A stretch of 63,987 bases of DNA, filler included, from Malassezia furfur (lineage: Eukaryota): NCBI GenBank assembly GCA_052055015.1. It is 6 parts of 6 records of this genome, joined end to end, with 100 filler letters (N's around TTAATTAATTAA, not from the genome) between each part and the next. Parts side by side here need not be neighbours in the genome. Positions count along the whole stretch, not along the records: positions 22,700 to 33,936 come from JBQJIT010000365.1; positions 34,037 to 45,268 come from JBQJIT010000366.1; 4 more parts are not named here. The stretch is one strand, 5' to 3'. Made by a program: the position numbers and the translations under genes. The notes beneath the pieces are model-generated. The model had not been told where the DNA came from. It ran no database searches and saw only the letters and a program-made list of their open reading frames with translations. Position 1 is the first letter of the stretch; each line of letters starts with the position of its first letter. Shown here piece after piece: positions 23,478 through 34,236 of the stretch.

Positions 23478-25814
23478 CTACGACATGCTCGGGGTGCGCG
23501 AGTGCGACTCGCTCAGCCGGCGGCTCATGTTCCAGTTCTTGTGCCGCTCGGCAAAGAAGTCGTCGGGGTGCTGGCACGCCGCCACGGCCTTGCGCATGTG
23601 GCTCGTGAGGTAGGTGAGGCCTACCTGGAAGGATGCGTTCATCCACCCGAACCCCTCGCGCGGCACAAAGTTAAAGTCGGTTCCCTGGTTGCCGTACTCC
23701 GCGTTGACGAGGTGCGAGAGTGCGACGGCGTCAAACTTTTCCGGGACGACGCCATTGAAGTCGACAAACGCCGTGATCAGCATAAAGAGCCAGCGGTACG
23801 CGAGGCGGCGCGCATCGTCCATGTAGCCGTAGCGCTTCAGTCCCTCCCAGGCGAGCATCTGGTGCGGCGGCCACGCGAACGGGTAGTCCCACTGCCGGTT
23901 GGGCCGCGCGACCGAGATGGGCCCGCGCGACTCTTCGGTGCCCGGCACGAGGCCGCCCGTCTCCTCAAACTTGGAGAGCGACATCTTGACCATGCGCTCG
24001 GCCTGCGCCTCGGACGCCATGCCGGCCCACATCGCCCAGAAGCTCGTCACGCTCTCGTACAGGCTCTGCTCCTTCTCGACGAGGTCGTAGTCAAAGTAGA
24101 GCCCCTCGCTCTGGTTCCAGCAGTACTTGTCGACCTGCGCCTTGCGGAAATCGGCGCGCGCCAACCACTCGTCGCTGTGCTGCGGCATGGAGCGCGCACG
24201 GCGCTCGCCCTCGGGCGGCGTGCTGCCCGGCGAGGCAGGCGCATGCAACACAAAGTCCTCCTCGAGCTCGAGGTTGTCGTCAAACTCGTCGTAAATCACG
24301 CGCGCAATGTCCGTCTCGTATTTGTACAGCAGCGCATTCAGGTCGATCGTCGCGAGGTTGGCGCACCGGCGCTCGAGGCGGTACGTCGTGTCGTGCCCGC
24401 TCTCGCGCACCGCACGGTCGTGCACAAAGTAGGCGTCGAGCTCCGGCTCGTCGACCTGCTGGTGGTCGTACATGCGCCGGAACTCTTTGATGCTGCAGTT
24501 GTACTTTTCCGCATACGGCCGGAGAATCGCGGTAAAGTGCGTGCGCTCCGTCTCGGGCGTCACACCAAGCCCCTCGGCGTAGTAGCGCGAAAGACCCGTC
24601 TCGGGGTTGTAGCGCGGCGTGTTCATCCAGACGGTGTGGTACTCTTTGATCGCCGCTTGGATGGCACGCTTCAAAAAGTCCTTGTTGTCGCGCTCGCGCT
24701 CGGGATCCGGCTGGGGCAGCGCCGCGAGGTTGGCCTTTTCTTTCTCGTAGATGCGGATCGCAAAGTCGGTGAGGAATGGCGGCTGCGAGCGCAGCAGGTA
24801 GTAGGTGCGGTTCCCGTTGAGGATCTTGCCATAGTGCCGGATCTCAAAGATGAAGTGCTCCACTGCCCCGCGCGCGAGGTCCAGGCGGTTGTCCTGGATG
24901 AGTCCGAGGGCAATAAAGTAGCTGTCCCAGTTGTACAGCTCGTTGAAGCGCGCACCCGGCACAACGAACGGAATGCCCTCCATGTCCACCAGCCCCGTCT
25001 TCGGATCCGTGTGCGACTTCATCGCGATCGCCAGCAGGCCAGGGCGCGGGTTCAGGCTAAGCATGTACTCGGGCGTAATCTTCTCGGGGAGCGCCTCGAC
25101 CACCAAGTTGAGGTTCGGCCGCTCGCGCGCCACGCGATGGTAGTATTCGAGCATCTCTGTCTCGGCTGCCGGCACGTAGATGATGTTCTCCGTGTTGGTC
25201 CCCGCGCCTTTGGTGTCGACGAGAACCTGCTCAAGACCATCGGCGTCGATGCGTCGAGTCAAATTGTCCCAGAACATCTCGCGGATCATGCGCGACAGGC
25301 GGTCCACCGGGTTCTCGGCCAGACGCGCCTCCTCAATCACGACGCGCTTTTCGCCGCGGTCCTTGGCAATCGCGAGCTCCTGCAGCAGATTGGAGAGCAT
25401 ATAGGTACCTCGCACTTCCACGCCTTTGTATCCATTGCTCGCGACCGTGACGAGCGTGACCGACTTGGGGCCGCTATCGGTGATCGAAATCTGGTTGTTT
25501 CCGTCCGTATCCTCCTGCGCCAAAATATGGTTCATCATCGGCTCAACATCCACGATAAACTGGCGCTGCATCGGCTTCTCGATGGACTCTGCATCGTGGC
25601 TCATGCGCCGCGACGGCAAAATACGCTCCTCGCCCATCGTCGACGGGCGTCGCTTGCGATGTCGCATACTAAACGTCCGACGCATGCCCGGATGTGAGAA
25701 TGGGCCGACACTCTTCACCTCGGGGGACGAGCTGATGTCCAGCGCTGATTCATTTTCGTCTGCATTCAGAATCTGCGACTCGATCAACGTCTCCAGGTCG
25801 GGACTCGCACTCAT
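23478..25814 (-). CDS. NTH1: Neutral trehalase (GH37, Ca-binding region)
   Basis: EDTDGNNQISITDSGPK, RGTYMLSNLLQEL, VPGARFNELYNWDSY, RSQPPFL, ESGHD, QWDYPFAW. Confidence 0.96.
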   Translation of the reverse strand: MSASPDLETLIESQILNADENESALDISSSPEVKSVGPFSHPGMRRTFSMRHRKRRPSTMGEERILPSRRMSHDAESIEKPMQRQFIVDVEPMMNHILAQEDTDGNNQISITDSGPKSVTLVTVASNGYKGVEVRGTYMLSNLLQELAIAKDRGEKRVVIEEARLAENPVDRLSRMIREMFWDNLTRRIDADGLEQVLVDTKGAGTNTENIIYVPAAETEMLEYYHRVARERPNLNLVVEALPEKITPEYMLSLNPRPGLLAIAMKSHTDPKTGLVDMEGIPFVVPGARFNELYNWDSYFIALGLIQDNRLDLARGAVEHFIFEIRHYGKILNGNRTYYLLRSQPPFLTDFAIRIYEKEKANLAALPQPDPERERDNKDFLKRAIQAAIKEYHTVWMNTPRYNPETGLSRYYAEGLGVTPETERTHFTAILRPYAEKYNCSIKEFRRMYDHQQVDEPELDAYFVHDRAVRESGHDTTYRLERRCANLATIDLNALLYKYETDIARVIYDEFDDNLELEEDFVLHAPASPGSTPPEGERRARSMPQHSDEWLARADFRKAQVDKYCWNQSEGLYFDYDLVEKEQSLYESVTSFWAMWAGMASEAQAERMVKMSLSKFEETGGLVPGTEESRGPISVARPNRQWDYPFAWPPHQMLAWEGLKRYGYMDDARRLAYRWLFMLITAFVDFNGVVPEKFDAVALSHLVNAEYGNQGTDFNFVPREGFGWMNASFQVGLTYLTSHMRKAVAACQHPDDFFAERHKNWNMSRRLSESHSRTPSMS

Positions 25815-26492
25815 CGTGTCGTAGACGTTGGGGTGCGGGCGGGCCTCCACACAACTCAAAATCTATGCGCGAATTGCTTGATGGGGCGGCTAGGCCAGGG
25901 CGGAGGTCTTTTTTTATGTAAGGAAGAATGTCACGGTGATGCGGATGCGAGACGGTGGATGAATTTGTATCTGCCAACAGGCAGTGCTGGCATTCGCGGT
26001 ACTCCGTAGAGAACCGTAATAGACTAATAGGGACCATAACGTTCCTTTATCACTGGGGCATGGGCCTTCTTCTAAGCAAGATTCTGCACGCAAGCTCCCT
26101 TTGGAAGTCAGGACCACCATGGCACCTAGAACGTGTGATCCCGTGTTGTGTGTAATAAGTCCCATTTGTTCAGCCATCGAAAGGCGCCGAGTAACATCGT
26201 CTGTGTACCGCGCGTATGCCCGCTTTAGACGCGCCGCTGCCGCTCACACCTTGGCGCGGCGTGCAAGGCAGTAACCCTACCGCACACAGCACCGGCCACA
26301 CACACTCTATTGTTGTATAAAGGGGAATAGGAGTATATTTTTTCACCACTACGCAACAGTAGCTAACCGCACAAAATGGCAGTTGTATGCGTATCGCCCA
26401 GACATGCTAGGCGCTTGCCAGCAGTTGAGCGCGGTTGTAACACCATGGCACTGACAACAGCGTGCCAGTATAGACAGAACAAAGCGTTGCAT

Positions 26493-27019
26493 TTAGTCGA
26501 AGAGACCAAAGCCCATCTGTTGCATGTGTTAGCGTCTCGCCCAGAACGCGCTGAGTACGTACGTCCTCGTCAGACTCCTCCTTCTCCTCCTCCTTCTTCT
26601 CCTCCTCCTTGGGGGCCTCAGCACCGCCAGCAGCGGCACCAGCAGCGGCGGCAGGAGCAGCAGCAGCACCACCGCCCGAGCCGACGTTGGTCAGGAGCTC
26701 CTTGACGTCCTTGCCCTCAAGAGCCTTGGCGAGCAGGCTCGCCCAGATCGGCTCAACGGGGGTGCCCGCGGCGTTCGTGAGCTCAACGATCTTGTCGCTC
26801 TGCGTCGTGTTAGTATCTCGGTTCGCTCATCTACCGTTCGGTCGGTGAACAGCATGTCGACGTTTCGGCGCGCCATGTCACATCACCGCCGAATCGATGA
26901 TACGTACGGTGATCTCGATGCCCTCGTCGGCGAGAATCAGAGCAGCGTAAGTGGCGGCAAGGTCGCTGTAGCAGTGTCAGTACACATCCTCGCGCATCCA
27001 ACACATACGTAGAAGCCAT
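26493..27019 (-). CDS. RPP1: 60S acidic ribosomal protein P1
   Basis: [46 protein letters not shown]-terminal EESDEDMGFGLFD; three introns, longest 26800-26907. Confidence 0.95.
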
Positions 27020-27221
27020 TGTGAATTGGTCTTGCTAGGTGAGCGAGAAAGAAGCATCGCGCCGCAAGCACCTGTGCCAGCCATACGTGCACGTGACATG
27101 TATATACAGATTCACGTGCGGGTTGAGCACGTCTTCGGGTGTGTTCGCTCCACATGTGGAGGTGTGGCGACGCCACCTCGGAGCTAGCGCATGACCCCCG
27201 CTTCATCCTTCCCAGTTGCCC

Positions 27222-27476
27222 ATGAGTGAAGCTAAGGAGGTGAAGACGTCGCCACATCTCGTATCGGAACTCAATCCGAAGGGGATCAGGCCGTACGTAT
27301 TCTACCGAATCTAACATCTTAGCTGCTGCGCCTGCCCCGAAACCAAGGCTGCGCGCGACGACTGCTTCCTGAAGTTCGGCCACAGTGTTGAGGAGCACGG
27401 TGAATCGGCGCGCAAGTGCGAGGAGCTCGTCCGGAAGCACCGGGAATGTATGGCAAGCCTTGGGTTTAAGGTTTAA
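27222..27476 (+). CDS. COX17: Cytochrome c oxidase copper chaperone Cox17 (not in ORF track)
   Basis: 30-nt intron 27293-27322; [15 protein letters not shown]...[19 protein letters not shown] (CC + twin CX9C). Confidence 0.95.
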
Positions 27477-27743
27477 TCTTACTCTACCAAAACCATAGAC
27501 GCATACCACAAAATCCCCATTTCCTGCTGTGACGATATGCGCGCAAGCGGCACGCGAACCACTGCGCTGCGTGGAGGAGCTCCAAGCGTAGGGACACGCG
27601 ATCTGGTCCGTGCCCGGCTGCACGTGGCTATGCGCACGTGGACGCGGTACGGCCTACCATAACTCTCGGCAACTGCGCGTGTACCCCGCCGAGTGGACTT
27701 CGCCCTCTCCCTTTCCTCTGAACCAGTTTAACGCACATTAACC

Positions 27744-28428
27744 ATGTCGCGAATCCAGTCGGTATCCTCCACTGTCGGTGGATACATCTCGAACTTGTAT
27801 GAGCGTGCGTCGCAGATGGTGCACTCTTCCGATGAACGTACGGGAGAACAGCAGCCCCTGCTCCACGGCCAATCCTCGCCTGAGTATGGTAGCACACCGA
27901 GGGACACGATTCCTGTGCCGAAGCCTCGCAAGGTGAAGAGCCCGGTGAAGGTCGAGGCCAAGGTCTGGTTTGCCAACGAGGTATGTCCCGCATAGCGCAT
28001 CCCCCACTGACCGATAGCGCACCTGGATTTCATGGCTGCGTTGCTCCGTGCTTATGGGCACGCTCTCACTCGCGCTCTTCAATTCCGCTTCGTACTTCAA
28101 GCCAGAGCCTGTGCCGCCGCCATTTGAACCTGGCCCGGAGCAGTCTTATCAAATGCGCATGTTCCGGACCGTCCGCACATTTGGTATCATCTACGCTCTG
28201 ATTTCGGTCATGACGCTTCTTTGGGGCCTTTACAACTATCAGCGCCGCATTACCCTGATCAAGAGCAAGTGGCCGGGCAGTTTCGGTACGTGCGATCGTT
28301 GGCTGACCGTCAGATGATATGATTGGACCGCCGGTGGTGTGTGCTGCCACTTTTATTGCCATTCTCGCCAACTTCATCATCTCAGGTACGTTCTCCCTTC
28401 TGATGATTCAGTGAAACAGCACTATTAA
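27744..28428 (+). CDS. VTC1: VTC1-like / DUF202 vacuolar transporter chaperone subunit
   Basis: VKVEAKVWFANERTWISWL, FDDMIGPPVVC; introns 27981-28017 and two short downstream introns. Confidence 0.8.
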
Positions 28429-28944
28429 ACGGCGTATGGCGACAGGTCATGGGTCCGGCGTACCCAACCCTGGCATGTCGTATGTTGACATGGCCGACAT
28501 GTATTTATATGGAGTCCAATCTCTACGTCGCATCGTATGAGCACAAACGCCGACGCCTGATCTTCTGCTCCGCATGCCTAGCACACAGTTACGCACGATG
28601 GATTGCGGTGCAATGCTGTTTCCACTACGTGACGCTTCGAGATATACCAACGTACCAAACTCTGGCGCGTCGTATATGGTCATAGCGATAAGGTGTTTCT
28701 AGAATCTAGTTTCTACATCGGACGGTAGGAGCGCTTACACCGATATTCGTTCGCTTTTCCGCGCCTTTTTATTCAGTGATCCTGCGGAGTTAAAGTTTCG
28801 GGCCAATTACAGTTTCGTATGCTGGCTCTGGGTAGGAACGAAATTAGTTCAACCGCGGGACAGATTTACGTCATTGCAGTATGGCCCGTGCCTCACACGA
28901 CACATTTAAGAGCACGGGTTTGATGGGTTGAACTGCTATCAAAA

Positions 28945-29970
28945 ATGTCGACGCAAGTGGATCTAGGTACCGTGTTCAAGGGCAGCTCGAGTGGCAAGAT
29001 CGTCCAGGCCAAGGGTGAGACGGTCGAGCTCAAGCCTGACCAGGTGGTCATTGATATCGCCTACTCGGGTCTGTGTGGTACGGATATGCACTTCCGCAAG
29101 AACCCTAACATGGTTCTTGGTCACGAGGGTGTTGGTGTGATCTCGCAGATTGGCAAGGATGTCAAACTGTTCAAGGTTGGCGACCGTGTCGGCTGGGGCT
29201 ACAACCACAACTCCTGCGGCTTCTGCAAGGAGTGCTGGAACGGCATTGATACGCTGTGCCATGAGCGTCAGATGTACGGTGAGGCCGACCTCCATTTCGG
29301 TAGCTTCGGCGACCGTGCAGTGCTGAACGCCTACTTCGTCCACAAGATTCCGGACGACATCCCTCTCCGTCTGGCTGGTCCGCTGCAATGTGGTGGTGCG
29401 ACGGTGTACGGTGCGATTGACAGCGCCGGTGTCCACCCAGCGAACCGTGTCGGTGTGGTTGGCTTGGGTGGCCTTGGCCACCTGGCTGTGCAGTACCTGA
29501 ACAAGATGGGCTGCGATGTCGTTGTGTTCAGCCACACCAACAGCAAGAAGGCACAGGCTGAGGAGCTGGGCGCGAAGGAGTTTGTGGCTGTGAGCGAGAA
29601 CCCTGAGATGAAGGGTGTGAAGCCGGTGGACTACCTGTTCATCTCTACGAGCCAGCAGCCCGACTGGAACCAGTTCTTCAAGGTCATGGCCCCTCGCGGC
29701 ACGATTGTGCCGCTGACGGTGTCGTTCGAGGAGATGAAGCACCCTTACGCGGAGATTCTGATGTACGAGCTGTCTATTACGGGCAGTGTCGTTGCTCGCC
29801 GCCAGGTGCACCGCGAGATGCTCGAGTTCACGGCGCGTCACCAGGTGAAGCCTTGGATCGAGGAGCTGCCCATGACCGAAGAGGGTGTGAACGAGGCCTT
29901 CGACCGCCTCGACAAGGGCGATGTCCGTTACCGCTTCGTGCTCAAGTCGCAGCGTACGAACGCGGAGTAA
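28945..29970 (+). CDS. Zn/NADP-dependent alcohol dehydrogenase (cinnamyl-ADH/Adh6-like MDR), copy 1
   Basis: GLCGTD.H, GHEGVG, structural Zn CxxCxxC, GLGGLGHLA, RYRFVL. Confidence 0.92.
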   Translation: MSTQVDLGTVFKGSSSGKIVQAKGETVELKPDQVVIDIAYSGLCGTDMHFRKNPNMVLGHEGVGVISQIGKDVKLFKVGDRVGWGYNHNSCGFCKECWNGIDTLCHERQMYGEADLHFGSFGDRAVLNAYFVHKIPDDIPLRLAGPLQCGGATVYGAIDSAGVHPANRVGVVGLGGLGHLAVQYLNKMGCDVVVFSHTNSKKAQAEELGAKEFVAVSENPEMKGVKPVDYLFISTSQQPDWNQFFKVMAPRGTIVPLTVSFEEMKHPYAEILMYELSITGSVVARRQVHREMLEFTARHQVKPWIEELPMTEEGVNEAFDRLDKGDVRYRFVLKSQRTNAE

Positions 29971-30168
29971 GCAATTTTTGTAGCTCTATCACTTCGTACT
30001 AAATCTGCATGCAACTTCGCGTCATTAAAAAATGTATTGGGAATGGGAACGTAGATTGTTGATCGGGAGTGTAAGCCCGAACGAATTTTCCAGTGGCCCG
30101 CGCGAGGTGTCACGCGACTGCGGTACCTGGCTGACACTCCAGTGCTCGACACTATTCTCTCACACATC

Positions 30169-31194
30169 ATGGCGACGCAAGTGGATTTGGGGACCGTATT
30201 CAAGGGCAGTTCGAGTGGCAAGATCGTCCAGGCCAAGGGTGAGACGGTCGAGCTCAAGCCCGACCAGGTGGTCATCGACATTGCTTACTCGGGCCTGTGC
30301 GGCTCCGACTTGCACTTCCGCAAGAAGGGCGACATGGTGCTGGGCCACGAAGGTGTTGGTATCATCTCGCAGGTCGGAAAAGACGTCGACTTCCTCAAGG
30401 TTGGTGACCGTGTTGGCTGGGGCTGCAACCACAATGCTTGCAACTACTGCAAGCAGTGCTGGAACGGTGTTGACACGCTGTGCCCCCACCGTGTGATGTA
30501 CGCCATGGCCGACTCTCAGTTCGGGAGCTTTGGCGACCGTGCGGTGCTGAGTGGGTACTTTGTACACAAGATTCCGGATGACCTTCCGCTGAAGTACGCT
30601 GGTCCTCTGCAGTGTGGTGGAGCGACAGTGTACGGTGCGATTGTCAAGGCGGGTGTGCGCCCCATGGAACGCGTGGGTGTGGTCGGCCTGGGTGGCCTGG
30701 GCCACTTGGCAGTGCAGTACCTGAACAAGATGGGCTGTGAAGTGGTCGTGTTCAGTCATTCGAACAGCAAAAAGGAGGAGGCGAAGAAGCTCGGTGCGCA
30801 CGAGTTTGTGGCCGTGAAGGAGAACCCCGAGCTGAAGGGTGTGAAGCCGATCAATCACTTGCTGGTGTCTACAAGCCAGCAGCCGGATTGGGAGCTCTTC
30901 TTCAAGGTCATGGCGCCGCGTGGTGCGATCATTCCCCTGTCTGTGTCCTTTGAGGAAATGAAGCACCCCTATGGCCAGATTCTTGCGCAAGAATTAACCA
31001 TCACTGGTAGCCTTGTGGCCCGTCGCGAGGTTCACCAGGAGATGCTCCAGTTCTCGGCACGCCACAACATTTACCCCTGGATCGAGGAGATGGCCATGAC
31101 TGAAGAGAATATCAACACGGCGTTTGACCGTCTCGAGAAGGGTGATGTGCGGTACCGGTTTGTGCTCAAGTCGCAACGCACGGACGCTGAGTGA
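30169..31194 (+). CDS. Zn/NADP-dependent alcohol dehydrogenase, copy 2
   Basis: Same motifs; ATG 30169. Confidence 0.92.
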   Translation: MATQVDLGTVFKGSSSGKIVQAKGETVELKPDQVVIDIAYSGLCGSDLHFRKKGDMVLGHEGVGIISQVGKDVDFLKVGDRVGWGCNHNACNYCKQCWNGVDTLCPHRVMYAMADSQFGSFGDRAVLSGYFVHKIPDDLPLKYAGPLQCGGATVYGAIVKAGVRPMERVGVVGLGGLGHLAVQYLNKMGCEVVVFSHSNSKKEEAKKLGAHEFVAVKENPELKGVKPINHLLVSTSQQPDWELFFKVMAPRGAIIPLSVSFEEMKHPYGQILAQELTITGSLVARREVHQEMLQFSARHNIYPWIEEMAMTEENINTAFDRLEKGDVRYRFVLKSQRTDAE

Positions 31195-31771
31195 CTATTT
31201 TCTGAGGCTTCTCCGGCTCATTTGTAGATGACCTAGACTGTCTGCTCTCATAGGAAATTTTTGAGAGCCCTTCTACATGGTCCTTCTGGCGCTAAGCGCG
31301 AAAATCGCTCACGTGGTCCGTGCACAGCAAATAAGGAAGACAGTGCATCTTAGCTAGGTACGCAATCGTTCGTTGTTAGAAGCTTTCACAATCGAAAAAA
31401 ACTTGTTTTCATGGAGCGACTTGTATTGAACGCAACCATTTGCGGAGGAAGCCAAGGACCTATATGTACATATACCGTGGCATGGAGTACTGTTTATTTG
31501 TTCCTTTCAGGAATAGTACGTCGAGGCACTCCACCATGAGGTCAGACTCATTTTAGGATACCCAAGTAAACATTTCGTAGTACTAGTTTGTGTGCGAAGG
31601 TGTTTCGTCTTCTAGTGCATCTGGATCTCAACGATCCCGTAGAAGTCGAATCGAGCCGTTCCTATGTCGCGAGGTGGAGGCGGGGAAAGTTTATCAGCGC
31701 GGCCTTGATAGCCGATTAGGCTGGCGTACCGAGATGTAAGGACTCGTCTTATCGCCTTCTTCACCACGACT

Positions 31772-32797
31772 ATGTCGACGCAAGTGGATTTGGGTACCGT
31801 ATTCAAGGGAAGCTCGAGTGGCAAGATCGTCCAGGCCAAGGGTGAGACGGTCGAGCTCAAGCCCGACCAGGTGGTCATCGACATTGCTTACTCGGGCCTG
31901 TGCGGCTCCGACTTGCACTTCCGCAAGAAGGGCGACATGGTGCTGGGCCACGAAGGTGTTGGTATCATCTCGCAGGTCGGCAAAGACGTCGACTTCCTCA
32001 AGGTTGGTGACCGTGTTGGCTGGGGCTGCAACCACAATGCTTGCAACTACTGCAAGCAGTGCTGGAACGGTGTCGATACGCTGTGCCCGCACCGGGCATT
32101 TTATTCTATGGCGGACCCTCAGTTTGGGAGCTTTGGCGACCGTGCAGTGCTGAGTGGGTACTTTGTACACAAGATTCCAGACGACCTTCCGCTGAAGTAC
32201 GCTGGTCCTCTGCAATGTGGTGGAGCGACAGTGTACGGTGCGATTGTCAAGGCGGGTGTGCGCCCGATTGACCGTGTTGGTGTGGTCGGCCTGGGTGGCC
32301 TGGGCCACTTGGCAGTGCAGTACCTGAACAAGATGGGCTGTGAAGTGGTCGTGTTCAGTCATTCGAACAGCAAAAAAGAGCAAGCCGCCAAGCTCGGCGC
32401 ACACGAGTTTGTGGCCGTGAAGGAGAATCCTGAGATGAAAGGGGTGAAGCCGATCAATCACTTGCTGGTGTCTACAAGCCAGCAGCCGGACTGGACACAG
32501 TTTTTCAAGGTGATGGCGGCGCGCGCGAGTATTGTGCCGCTGAGTGTGTCGATGGAGGCGATGGAGCACCCGTACGAGGCCGTCGTCGAGCAGGAGCTGC
32601 GGGTCACCGGGAGTCTGGTGGCGCGCCGCGAACTGCACAAGGAAATGCTCGAGTTCTCTGCGCGGCAAGAGGTCCTGCCGTGGATCGAGGAGCTGCCCAT
32701 GACCGAAGAGGGTCTGAACGAGGCGTTTGACCGGTTGGAAAAGGGCGATGTGTGCTACCGCTTTGTGCTCAAGTCGCAGCGTACACAGGCCGAGTAG
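31772..32797 (+). CDS. Zn/NADP-dependent alcohol dehydrogenase, copy 3
   Basis: Same motifs; 5' two-thirds nearly identical to copy 2. Confidence 0.92.
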   Translation: MSTQVDLGTVFKGSSSGKIVQAKGETVELKPDQVVIDIAYSGLCGSDLHFRKKGDMVLGHEGVGIISQVGKDVDFLKVGDRVGWGCNHNACNYCKQCWNGVDTLCPHRAFYSMADPQFGSFGDRAVLSGYFVHKIPDDLPLKYAGPLQCGGATVYGAIVKAGVRPIDRVGVVGLGGLGHLAVQYLNKMGCEVVVFSHSNSKKEQAAKLGAHEFVAVKENPEMKGVKPINHLLVSTSQQPDWTQFFKVMAARASIVPLSVSMEAMEHPYEAVVEQELRVTGSLVARRELHKEMLEFSARQEVLPWIEELPMTEEGLNEAFDRLEKGDVCYRFVLKSQRTQAE

Positions 32798-32833
32798 GTA
32801 GTCACGCCAAACCTATGTATGCTGTCGGAAGGA

Positions 32834-33936
32834 CTAGAGCGGCGTGGGCCAGTAGGTCCCGTCGTGCTGGTTCCAGCGCTTGGCGAGGCGTTCGTCGCCG
32901 CCCGGCACACCGTACTCGGGCTTTTCCTCGTCCGAGTCGGGGTCGATGATTTCGCCGTCGCCGGCGTACTGTGGCTCGATATCCTCGTCGTCGTCGGTGC
33001 GCATCGCCTTGCGCACCTTGGAGAGACCCGAGCGCGGCTCGCGCACGGCCATGTCGTGGAGGAGTGCCTGCATCTGCGACTGTTTCGAGTCGTCGAGGCG
33101 CGCCTTGCGTTCGCGCTGGACGCGCTGCATCTCGGGGAGGTAGTCGCTGAGGTACTCGCTGCGTGCCTCGTGCACGGCACCGAGGAACGCGTCCATCCCG
33201 TCGCCCGTAGCCGACGACACACCCACAGCGCGCAGGTTTTTGTAGAATTCGTCGAGGACGAGGCTCATCGAGTTCATCAGGCTGTTAAGGTAGCTCGGCT
33301 CCTCGGTGCCGCGCGCCGGGAGCGGCGCATCGGGGTTTGTGGCGAGCGCCGACGGGTCGCGTGCGTTGCCGGCCATGAGCGCGCGCTGGAAGGCCTCAAA
33401 GTCGTGCATCCAGTCGAAGGCAAACGTGGGGTCCTGGACGTCGGTCTTGTTGAACACGATGATGAACGGCATCTTGGTCTTGTACATGATGCTGCACGCG
33501 TACAGCATGTTGCTCATGAACGTCGCTGGTGCGGTCGTCCGCGGGGTATCCACGACGTAGGCCACGACCGTCGGCATCGCACTGGCGAGCGCATCGGTGA
33601 TGATGGACCCCGACGCGCTCCATGTGAAGATCTCGATTTGGCCGGGCGTGTCGAGTACGACGAGGTCCGTGTCATTGGCGCGCTTCTCGACGATCTGGAG
33701 CACCTGGTCAAACTTGGTGGTGAACAGGTTGAGCGCCGTGAGGATGCCGCCGTTCGGGCCGAGGTTGTATTCCTGCATGACGCGTGCGTAGTCGACCGTG
33801 TCGCGGATGTCGACGTTCGGCGAGTACCCTAGCCCCGCCACGGCCGGGTCAATGTTGAGCAGGTACGGCCGCGTCGCGGGCGTGCGTGCGGGCGCCGTTT
33901 GGGCGTCGGCTGCCTGGGCGCCGGCCGCTTGGGCGC
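32834..33936 (-). CDS. NPA3: GPN-loop GTPase Gpn1/Npa3, 5'-truncated
   Basis: [42 protein letters not shown]. Confidence 0.95.
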
Positions 33937-34036
33937 NNNNNNNNNNNNNNNNNNNNNNNNNNNNNNNNNNNNNNNNNNNNTTAATTAATTAANNNNNNNN
34001 NNNNNNNNNNNNNNNNNNNNNNNNNNNNNNNNNNNN
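33937..34036. other. Artificial contig linker
   Basis: N44-TTAATTAATTAA-N44. Confidence 0.98.
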
Positions 34037-34090
34037 CCTAATCCTAATCCTAATCCTAATCCTAATCCTAATCCTAATCCTAATCCTAAT
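34037..34090. repeat. Telomeric repeat (CCTAAT)9, i.e. TTAGGA on the G strand
   Basis: Perfect tandem hexamer at contig start, C-rich strand pointing inward. Confidence 0.9.
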
Positions 34091-34236
34091 CTCAGCATTA
34101 CGTTTGCAGAGGACCTCCGCGGAATTCCTGGCTTGGGGTGGCCCGTGCCTGTTTCGCAGGCCTCCGCAAGCTACTTATTACTTAGATTCTTCGCACAAGC
34201 CACTACCCATCTGCACTCTTCTTCGTCTCAGCGTTT

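Noticed and set aside
25860..26490. Minus-strand GAACAAATGGGACTTA resembling the RNase MRP CR-V element
   Set aside because: No matching CR-I (GAAAGUC-like) partner found upstream; more likely NTH1 promoter/UTR and RPP1 3' UTR
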